This document shows positions 11,385 through 20,000 of a DNA stretch of 20,000 bases, piece by piece. The stretch's first letter is position 1; the number at the start of each line of letters is the position of its first letter. Both the position numbers and the translations under genes were made by a program. The notes under the pieces are model-generated. The model searched no databases, was not told the origin of the DNA, and worked only from the letters and a program-made list of their open reading frames with translations. Origin of the DNA: Trichoplax sp. H2 (taxonomy: Eukaryota); contig NOWV01000107.1 in NCBI GenBank assembly GCA_003344405.1, forward strand, positions 236,190 to 256,189, read 5' to 3'.

Positions 11385-11911
11385 ACTTGTGATAAAGAGT
11401 TGATTCTCGTCTAAAACTATTCTCCAAAACACAAATATCAACAAACGATTAGAGTTTAGAGGTGATACCTTTATTACGAATTCAATTATAGTAATAGCAG
11501 CAGTTCTATAAGCAGTATAATAATCTAGCGGCTTCTTTCGTAAAGGAGTCCAAGAGAGTTAGAAAAGATCCCATGCAAGTTTAGTAGATGTTTGTAGAAG
11601 TGTAGTGTAGCCTAGTATCGTTCGTGGCTTTCATTTACATAACACTCAAGGTTGATCAATCATTATAATAACAAAAATAATATCTGTACGACATTAAGCT
11701 AAATCTTATATAACGTAGAGATCATAGCTAGACATTATCAATACGATTTACACAGCATAATAGAATGTTATTAACATAACACATCTATATATATTGCTAT
11801 CCGCAACACATTAGCTGATTACTATTACATACATTGAGGTGTTATTGCTATCTTAATAACATTAAATGATCAAATTACTAACTATAGCAACTTTATACAT
11901 CTTTAGTATTA

Positions 11912-12018
11912 TCACAAACTTAACTTGCGAACTGCTAGCCTAAATAATAGATTACTTTTTTCTATCTCTACTGCACCTGGAGATCTACTTTGTGGTAGTC
12001 CTATACTACTTCCAGTCA
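11912..12018 (+). repeat. 107-bp paralogous segment (hinge/TM1 start), partner at 1716-1822
   Basis: Direct ungapped alignment with 1716-1822. Confidence 0.95.
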
Positions 12019-12839
12019 TATTGCTATTAGCTACATAACAAAATCTATTTAATTAATTAATTAACATGCACGGTGCTTTGCTCCTAAACAAATATACACT
12101 TAGGCCGCATGCACATCTTCATTTACAGCAAGCGAGCCGTACGATAACATCTTTCAAAGTAAAATAAGTCTACTCCGCTACTACACCACTCTACTGCCAG
12201 ACCTGTCGTACCCAATATCTGCCTACAGCACTACTCTGAATGCCAAGATCTTGCAGTGCCAGATAAATTTTTATCAATATATTCCTAAGTATGTACAGTA
12301 ATCATGTTATTACTTTTTCGAAACCCTTCTACTTTGTAACGTAGAAGATTCGCTAGAAATCTCCGGACGAGTCCAGCTAGAGTAATGAACTAGATTTTAT
12401 CGCTGTTATTATATCGCCATCATACAGTTGAGCAAAACTAACGGTAAATTAAAATACTAATCGATGCGATGACAGTCGTGATGAGATAACGGTCGACGAT
12501 TCATAATAATTGATAACCTATGAGAAAAATATATATGGACTACGATTTTATTTATTGCCTCTTCTGTAAACATACATACCCAAATTTTATGCTTAATTGG
12601 ATATGGTAATACAGTCAAATAGGCTGGATTAAAGCTACAATGAGTTTCTAGTAGGAAAAATTTATTAAGATAAGTAACTAGAATCTTCGTATTATATGTA
12701 AATCTATGCTATGGCCGTAGGATATGACCGATCCCAAAATTACCAAATTTGTTAAAAATTAGAACGTTACTAGATCGTCATACAAAGATAACCTACACAC
12801 AGCTCTACTCTAGCTGAACACAACTACCAGAAAGAGTTT

Positions 12840-13075
12840 TAGAAAGAATTACTAAGATAACTTAAAATTGTCTGCTTGTATAATTTCCGTAGCACTTGCA
12901 GCTTCTATCAACATAGCATAGCAACATTCTACCTAATTTTATTTTCAGGTCATTCTTAATAACATTTTATTGCGGACAATCTATAACCCAGTATAGTAAC
13001 AGCCACATTATTTACGTTGACATTTATTTCCACCAGCCAAAGTACGATGAACTAACCGTATCTTAATATATGAAT
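12840..13075 (+). repeat. Diverged duplication, copy 1 (partner 15126-15335)
   Basis: Shared blocks tagaaagaa.tact, agcatagcaacattctac, tatttacgt.gacatt, agtacgatgaactaa and taatatatgaat occur in the same order. Weaker similarity extends upstream to ~12730 and ~15019. Confidence 0.85.
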
Positions 13076-13697
13076 GTCACAAAACAGTTTTGCAACAAGA
13101 TAACGCAATATACGATCAATAAGTCAATTCCTTGAACCACGTATCAAGGAACGATATCTGCACTATCACAAACACTTTTGCTCTACTAGCAGACTACACA
13201 AAGACTTAAACGCCTCGTTTTTTACGTTAAACACTAAGTTTGAGAATCCACTTTATTGTACGATGTACTGCATTTATATACTACTCCTCAATAGTTCATG
13301 AGTCATAGTTAATACAATTAACATTAGAATCATTTACTGAATTAGATATTAATTTTAGCTACTGCTCCCTTAATGCAGACAACAGTATTTACCAACATAG
13401 ACATATAATGACTAATACAGAATAGTCGATATGTCTTATCACGGAACATTTCCATGATAATTTACGATCTACCATAAGTAAATTACAATCACAATGATTC
13501 GAACTGTAAGTAGATGATTTGCATTCCCTATTATAACTATTAATTTCAGTATGTATATAAGTGTCACTATCATAAAAAGTCAGTGTTATATTAAAACACA
13601 GTATATCCAAATTAGAAGTTAACTAAATAAGGATAGGCTAACAGGATTATCCTAACATAGATATTTCTACTCTAATACAATATATAACACTGTCACA
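13075..13697 (+). repeat. ~625-bp segmental duplication, copy 2 (partner 10754-11384)
   Basis: Colinear alignment with 10754-11384. Confidence 0.95.
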
Positions 13698-14674
13698 CAA
13701 CGTATTATGGTTATTGTAGCCCTTTTATGTGGACATTTTCCTACATATTACGGTGTTGATCTACGAATAAGTTGACGTTTTCAAGTAACGAAATCAACAA
13801 CAATACCTTGTCACGATCAAGATTGCACCACAAAAAGAAATAACAGTACTTTCCTTCACTGATCTAACAAACCTATCTCATTACTTGCTAATAAATTAGA
13901 ACTAGTCTTTTAACTCTTGTTTCTGTACTGATATTCTCGATAATACTCTACTTGACATTTGCGTGATAAGCAGTTCTTTGATCAATGTATATACATATAT
14001 ATAATAATATATACAATTTTACTTTCGCCAGTTATATATCTCAACTTGACATTTATCAGCAAGTCAATTACTTAACTAACCTTCGTTTTATAAATAGTTC
14101 CTTATATAGAGATTTTCTTTAATTAATTACGAATTTATTTAATTCTAATAGTTACAACATCAATAACGCAATCACACCTTTAAGAATACGCTAATCAACG
14201 CCATGCATGAGAATTAAAGTTTTACAAATAATTACAATATTTAAGATACTATCATTGCTGATAATAATTTTGATATACCTAGACATCATACATAAAACAT
14301 GCTTACACGTATATCATTTAATTAATCAACAAAGTATAAGTTTTGAGTATACTATGGTTAGGCACCTTGATAGCACCTCCAAGAAGTTGCTAAAGTCAGC
14401 AAACAACACTTGAGCTGTTAATAAAGTTAACAGTTTGTCATAAGAATTCAATTAATAATTATTGCTAATTATAAATCACCTGCACGCGAACAAATTTATA
14501 GCCATTAATTAATACGCATCTGTCATATGTTCGCTATCGTCATAAAACATCAACTGATAGCAGTATCAATATATAGAATTAAAAATAATTTAGATGCAAT
14601 TAATATTTGTATTAGACATGAGAACATGAAATGAAATATTTACTTTTGTTTGTTGCTCAATTCTTTTTGGAAAG

Positions 14675-14755
14675 AAAATTGGATTATAATCCTATTTCTA
14701 TGATATCATACAATGCCAACTCATCGATCAGACCGTTGTCTCAATTACACGAACT
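14675..14755 (+). CDS. LRR exon (81 bp)
   Basis: aaag|a...gaact|gtaag; KLDYNPISMISYNANSSIRPLSQLHEL. Confidence 0.65.
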
Positions 14756-15125
14756 GTAAGATGATGTATAATCAAATTACACCATAAATAACTTCTGGTT
14801 TTGAGCTAAGTGCAATCGTATTTTATATTTACTACCTATGTTACTAGCATTAATTATTAGCACCAATAGCTTTAAAGTAACTACATTTACTGAAAGTTGT
14901 TAAAATTTATATGATAATCGGGGTGTTATGGCTATAGCAGAGAAATACATTCGAAGTTAATATCTTTGTTTACCATAAATAAGACTTTTGAGCCTACAAC
15001 ACATGATACTGTATAATCGATCACGAAAATCCAAAATTTTTAGAAAATTACAGCTCTATTTGATTTTATACATAGATGATGTAAGCATAGTTCTACTTCA
15101 GCCGCATACAGCATGTAAATACTTC

Positions 15126-15335
15126 TAGAAAGAACTACTAGAATAACCTAAGTTGCTGGCTTATATACTTTTTGAAGTATTCGTGGCTATAGTCAGCATA
15201 GCAACATTCTACTACATTTTATACATTTTACAACGGACGATCAGTAATCTAATATGGAAACTACTACAGTATTTACGTAGACATTATTTCTACCAGACAG
15301 AGTACGATGAACTAAGCATACCCTAATATATGAAT
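15126..15335 (+). repeat. Diverged duplication, copy 2 (partner 12840-13075)
   Basis: Same ordered blocks as 12840-13075, with an indel of about 25 bp. Confidence 0.85.
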
Positions 15336-15851
15336 TACAGTTCTATTTTTACGTCTAACCTTAACAATAACTCGACACCCTACTGTATATAGTCATCTGT
15401 ACTCTAACATAGAATCTTCCACTAAAGTCTTTGGTTATAAGCTACTAAATATATTTTAAGACAAATATAGAAGCCACGCTACCGTACATCATACTCAACA
15501 TGGCTAATAGTCTACAATACTAAGAATATGTTATATTACACCATATAAGAGAAAAACTTGATTAAAAATTTGGGGAAGGTATAAACAGTAAAAGATTTAG
15601 AATACGGATATGTCCAAATATTCATATACTGTAAGCAGCCCAATATCAGGTTTTATTGCAATCATTTAGTGTAGAACTTATTCCTAAGAATTTACTAGTC
15701 TTTCAAGTTCATATATCACTTGGCCTTGCTTAATTTAAAACTCTTAAGCTTGATGACCTATTTATCCAATGTATTGTATTTATAAAGTGGAATCTTTTAT
15801 ACAGAAAATGAACATTCGATTTCAATTATTACTGCCCTTATCTACTTATAG

Positions 15852-15923
15852 TTCGATTGATAACACCTTATTAAAAGAAATACCTAGAGAGTCTTTTCAA
15901 CTATTCGAAAACGCAATAGTAAT
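15852..15923 (+). CDS. LRR exon (72 bp)
   Basis: ttatag|t...gtaat|gtaagt; SIDNTLLKEIPRESFQLFENAIV. Confidence 0.75.
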
Positions 15924-16397
15924 GTAAGTAGCTAGTAAAATTTATGACTAAAAATTCTTTAACATTAAAGATACTAGGAAAAGTTACCCTGTGATGAAAT
16001 AGTTATAATCGTACTTTTATTGATGAGATCAACTCGAAATAAACAGGTGAGGATATCATTTATGGAAAATAATCCCATACGTATCCGCATGATTAATTGT
16101 ATAACATATACGCGAATACTTGATGTTTGGCAGCGTTATAAGCGCAGCTAAATGTAACTATAAATTGAACAACGTATTAATAACTAAAATCTAATACTTT
16201 ATTGTAAGAAATTATTTGTTTAATATATTCTCCTAGTGACAGCGATTTGTAATATTTTAAGTCACGAACTAAACAAAGAACTTAATAAGCGTTATTGGAC
16301 TGAAGATCTGCTGATTTAACAGCTAACTTTACACACCAGATTATGTCCAATTAAATTATGATGAATAACTTAATCCAATGGTATTATTATTGTTTAG

Positions 16398-16469
16398 GAA
16401 ATGCAATTCCGCTGACTTTTCCAGTGATAACGGAGAATCTTTATCTGTCCTTTCAAACTTGCAAACATT
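16398..16469 (+). CDS. LRR exon (72 bp, atypical)
   Basis: tttag|g...acatt|gtaaat; KCNSADFSSDNGESLSVLSNLQTL. Confidence 0.65.
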
Positions 16470-16730
16470 GTAAATATTTCGTTTCTTTCATTCCTATTGT
16501 AAATATTTCCTGTATTTTGGTAGTTAACGCACTACATCAATTGATAATTTTAATCGGTATGAAAGGTCTCAAAATTTAAAATTCTGAGTTAAAATTGCAT
16601 TTACAGCAATAAAATCTTACATGACATAACCGTAGATGATATATTCCATTTAAACAAATTGTAATTCGATTGTACTGATTTAAGAAATTTTAATTTATAA
16701 TCTACCTCAATTATCATATTACGCAATCAG

Positions 16731-16796
16731 AATTATTGCTGGAAGTCAAATCCACCCTAACTATACATTTAGTCATCATCTATCATTGACATTTCT
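16731..16796 (+). CDS. LRR-like exon (66 bp, atypical)
   Basis: atcag|a...tttct|gtgagt; IIAGSQIHPNYTFSHHLSLTFL. Confidence 0.55.
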
Positions 16797-17495
16797 GTGA
16801 GTAAAATAATTATATTATTTAGGTATGATAAGACGTGTAATGTAACTTATTATTGGTTTGTAGATTATCAGCGATGCTAGTATGATGTACTGCATCGTGG
16901 CTTACTAAATTTATTATAAGACATATTTCTTAGGCTATAGTCATAGATCATAAATGAAGATGTCAGAGTACAGATGGCTATATAAATTAGAGTGTTAAGT
17001 CATTATTGATGTTAGAGATACAAAGAACTGAAATGTAACTCACTTACTAAGACATAGATAGTTCATTGTACTATGGCTTGTCGGAAACGATACCTGTATA
17101 AATACTGTAGCTGCTACTATAATAAATTTTAAATAGTCCACCAAGGTATATGTTACTGATAATAAGATAATACTAGTAAACTAAGGTAGAACGTTGCCAT
17201 GCTGATTACAGCTTCAGATGGTACGAAGAATATATAGGTTGGCAACTTTACATTATTTAGTAGCTCTGTCTGTGCCTTTCTGGTGGTTGCATTTTACTAG
17301 AGTAGAGCAGCATTAAATATATTTGTATAAAGATTGAATAAAATTTTAATTTTCTGTAAAGTTTGAAAATTCGTAATCTACGTATTTCATCTGTCAATGA
17401 TAGTAGTTACTATCTACGAGCTAATATATGATAGAACTACACCATAGACATTATATCAATATAAATAAATTTTAAATTATTTTCTTCTATCCTAG

Positions 17496-17573
17496 AATGA
17501 TAAACAACTTGATGACTCGAAATTTTAAAATCAGAAGAGAAACATTTCAAGGCTTGATTAAGTTAAAATACTT
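17496..17573 (+). CDS. LRR exon (78 bp)
   Basis: cctag|a...tactt|gtgagt; MINNLMTRNFKIRRETFQGLIKLKYL. Confidence 0.8.
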
Positions 17574-17650
17574 GTGAGTATCAGAATTAAGCTGAATGCA
17601 AAGTTTGACTGTTACTAATATTGACATTGCTGGCATAATCTGTAACATAG

Positions 17651-17722
17651 ATACCTTAGTTTTAACTATATTCAAGCACTCAAGAATGATAGCTTCCCTT
17701 CTCTTCCTTCTCTTTATGAATT
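17651..17722 (+). CDS. LRR exon (72 bp)
   Basis: catag|a...gaatt|gtacgt; YLSFNYIQALKNDSFPSLPSLYEL. Confidence 0.9.
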
Positions 17723-17832
17723 GTACGTGCAGTATTCATTTTATTTTTTAATATTGATAAGTATTAATTGGATCACAAATATATTAAATTAATATTTGAT
17801 ATTTGAATTTTACGCGTGTGCTTGTTTCGTAG

Positions 17833-17904
17833 GCAATTGAAAGCTAATAATATTTCTACAATCGAACCATACAGCTTTATTGGATTATCAAATTTAAGAA
17901 AATT
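17833..17904 (+). CDS. LRR exon (72 bp)
   Basis: cgtag|g...aaatt|gtaagc; QLKANNISTIEPYSFIGLSNLRKL. Confidence 0.92.
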
Positions 17905-18261
17905 GTAAGCCATGATAAATTTACATGCTAATATTTTTACCATTCAAAAGAATCTAAAGATTCAAAAATGGTGTGCAGCAAATTAAATACTTAAATACAT
18001 AGGAGTCATTAAACATATAATGGTATTATGTATATATAGTGCATAGTATAACTGCAAGTGAGCCATTTTATTATACTAGCCACAATTAACACTTACTTTA
18101 TTAAGTCATACAGTTCTACGCTGCACATTACTGTATTCCCTGACACATAATTACTGTATTTAGCTAAAATGATTACATATACGTACATTCGATGAACTGG
18201 CCATAATTTATTTATAAATAGATGATTGTTACGGTGATAGATACCGTTAAGTAATAGTTTA

Positions 18262-18465
18262 CTGTATTGATTGTTATAAATAGTTATCATTAGGGTTCCA
18301 GATCAGCTCATATAATGTGTTAATTATATATTATCGGTCGGCTGTTTAAATGAATAATTCTGCTGTATTGATTGTTATAAATAGTTATCATTAGGGTTCC
18401 AGATCAGCTCATATAATGTGTTAATTATATATTATCGGTCGGCTGTTTAAATGAATAATTCTGCT
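18262..18465. repeat. Perfect intronic tandem duplication, 101-bp unit x2
   Basis: 18262-18362 and 18363-18463 are identical (ctgtattgattgttataaatag...aaatgaataattctg), plus a trailing 'ct'. Confidence 0.98.
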
Positions 18466-18858
18466 TACGTTAAAAATGGCTGTAACCTTTGAGTTATGTT
18501 TAGCTTAGTCTGTGTAGTTGACGCATAATAATAGTAGAAATAGATTACTATCTGTTTTGATGATAGTTTCGATACGTACATTATTAGCCTAGGATGATGC
18601 GAGCGTTGTATAATGATAAACGCGAGTGATATTGCGTAAAAAAATAAGTATTTTTCACGTTAATCATAACCAATAAAGTAATCTAGTGAGTGCGGTAATT
18701 TATTGCTTACGTATTAGAAATCAGATAGTTTATGTTGCATTGCCGTGAAAGTTGAGTAAAAAACTATAATTGTTACGGAGTACTAATCTTGATGAATAGT
18801 TTAGATTATAGAAGATCCAAAGATACCTTATACTTTCTATTTGTCGCAAGATTACGTA

Positions 18859-19007
18859 CTTGTTAGGGACGATAATAATAATTTAAATTTTATTCGTAAT
18901 CGTTCCGTCATAAATTTCTTCTTAAAAATACCACAAAAACTACAATTTTTTATAAACCTCACTTTGTTATCCTAAAATTACTTGCTTGTTAGGGACGATA
19001 ATAATAA
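18859..19007. repeat. 23-bp direct repeat pair, 126 bp apart
   Basis: cttgttagggacgataataataa at 18859-18881 and 18985-19007. Confidence 0.9.
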
Positions 19008-19067
19008 ATTTAATTCTATACCTAATCATTCCTTATTATTCTTCATCTTATTTTACCTGCCGCCTAG

Positions 19068-19139
19068 ATCATTGGCCAGAAATAGCCTAAAGATTATTAC
19101 TAGAAACTCTTTCAATACACTTTCGAATTTACAAGAACT
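19068..19139 (+). CDS. LRR exon (72 bp)
   Basis: cctag|a...gaact|gtatat; SLARNSLKIITRNSFNTLSNLQEL (explains supplied ORF 18982-19164). Confidence 0.92.
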
Positions 19140-19246
19140 GTATATACGAAAATATCTTGATTGACGACTATTTAAATCATCTGAGTCAAGTTGCTTGCTG
19201 CATTATAAACTTGTTATAAAGTTTTTAATTTCTTTTCATAAAACAG

Positions 19247-19318
19247 AAATCTAGAGTTCAACCAAATTAGTTCCATTGAAGAATACGCTTTTCTTGGCAT
19301 GGTAAACCTAATTAAGCT
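19247..19318 (+). CDS. LRR exon (72 bp)
   Basis: aacag|a...aagct|gtaagg; NLEFNQISSIEEYAFLGMVNLIKL. Confidence 0.93.
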
Positions 19319-19426
19319 GTAAGGAAGTATCTCGAGATACTTAAGGAATTTATTGCACTGGTTAACTTAACACTGTAGCTGAAATGAATATATACTAAAT
19401 AGAGAGTAATGAGCTGCATTTTACAG

Positions 19427-19498
19427 ATTTTTAGATTCAAATCGAATAGCAAATCTTAATGAGAACACTTTTACTGGCTCAATAAATGTGCAAGAGCT
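19427..19498 (+). CDS. LRR exon (72 bp)
   Basis: tacag|a...gagct|gtaaga; FLDSNRIANLNENTFTGSINVQEL. Confidence 0.92.
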
Positions 19499-19570
19499 GT
19501 AAGATGTGTGATAACTTATTAAAATACGGTACTATCTACGATTAAATAAGCTCTTCTCTCTTTAAATTAG

Positions 19571-19642
19571 GCATCTAACTGAAAATAACATCGAACAATT
19601 CGACATAAATCACTTTAATAAACTACCATTTTTAACTTTTTT
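19571..19642 (+). CDS. LRR exon (72 bp)
   Basis: attag|g...ttttt|gttagt; HLTENNIEQFDINHFNKLPFLTFL. Confidence 0.88.
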
Positions 19643-20000
19643 GTTAGTAGAATCCTTTATAAAGATTTTTATTACTTTTAAGTTCTAGTGGAACCCATAC
19701 TTGCGATTCTTCGAGTACATATGTACTTGTACATTTTACTCTACAATAGTCTACATTATCACTAGCAGATCGCACTGAGTACGGTATATTATATGCATAT
19801 GACTTTATCTGATTATACCGAATGTACGTGTATTATTTATTTTTTCGGAAATTCTGCATTGTAAGAGATTACGGTACCTCGTAAATACTGTATTATACGA
19901 TACCTAACCGTAAGGAATAGAGAGCGAAAAACCTCATTCGCTTTTTGTCCTAATTGCAGATTCAGTAAACACGACGTTATACATACAAATGAATTAGTAG

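Larger units (their letters stand above)
9193..12038 (+). pseudogene. LDLa-LRR-GPCR copy B, degenerate and truncated at the start of TM1
   Basis: Signal peptide and LDLa exons, a decayed LRRNT-like piece (~9667, ELSYPSN..), stop- and frameshift-riddled LRR-like pieces (10620-11190), then HKLNLRTASLNNRLLFSISTAPGDLLCGSPILLPVILLLAT* (TAA 12036-12038), paralogous to the copy A hinge. No TM2-TM7 sequence follows. Confidence 0.7.
12194..13697 (+). pseudogene. Fragment C, mosaic remnant of an LRR ectodomain gene
   Basis: LRRNT-like exon LPDLSYPISAYSTTLNAKILQCQINFYQYIPK ending at phase-2 donor aa|gtatgt (12289), followed by a segment paralogous to 15126-15335 and then one paralogous to 10754-11384. 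Confidence 0.45.
14675..20000 (+). other. Multi-exon LRR ectodomain gene (copy D, probable LGR), partly degenerate, continuing beyond the window
   Basis: Eleven open phase 2-2 exons of 66-81 bp, each encoding one LRR (listed separately), interleaved with broken exon-like LRR units at ~15675-15746, 15971-16047, 16236-16290, 17026-17095 and ~19750-19823. A possible further exon starts at 19960. Confidence 0.8.

Noticed and set aside
13389..13610. Minus-strand 73-aa ORF
   Set aside because: Antisense shadow within the duplicated + strand LRR pseudogene segment, with no recognisable motif.
14207..14413. 68-aa ORF with a hydrophobic N-terminus, as a possible signal peptide of copy D
   Set aside because: Ile/Leu richness is expected from AT-rich codons, and no well-placed donor or following LDLa exon was found.
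16358..16579. 73-aa ORF
   Set aside because: Spans intron sequence and reads the 16398-16469 LRR exon in the wrong frame.
18093..18290. Minus-strand 65-aa ORF
   Set aside because: Lies antisense inside an intron and has no recognisable domain.
1..20000. CRISPR array, tRNA/rRNA genes, transposase or prokaryotic defence system
   Set aside because: No regularly spaced repeat-spacer structure, RNA gene signature or long ORF. The sequence is spliceosomal-intron-containing eukaryotic DNA.

Overview
AT-rich, intron-containing eukaryotic DNA, not prokaryotic. The short GT-AG introns and gene content resemble a compact basal-animal genome such as a placozoan, but that taxon call is only an inference. 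Most of the window is a head-to-tail, + strand array of LDLa/LRR-containing rhodopsin-family GPCR genes (type C LGR, RXFP/GRL101-like) in different states of decay. Copy A (~1050-2563) has decayed LRR exons and a 7TM exon lacking TM1-TM2 but still open from the DRY motif through TM7. Copy B (~9193-12038) has a clean signal-peptide exon and LDLa exon, a ruined LRR region, and stops at the start of TM1. Fragment C (~12194-13697) is a mosaic of B-like and D-like sequence. Copy D (~14675 to the window end) has many phase-2 LRR exons, partly broken at the 5' end and a clean run from 17496 to 19642. Between A and B lie a frameshifted kinase-like remnant, an orphan 228-bp helical exon candidate and a 163-bp tandem duplication. 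I found no RNA genes, CRISPR arrays or recognisable transposases. The best reading is birth-and-death evolution of a receptor family rather than a demonstrably new system. The most testable novelties are a possible secreted LDLa-only peptide and a TM1-2-deleted receptor. Identity values are by-eye estimates.
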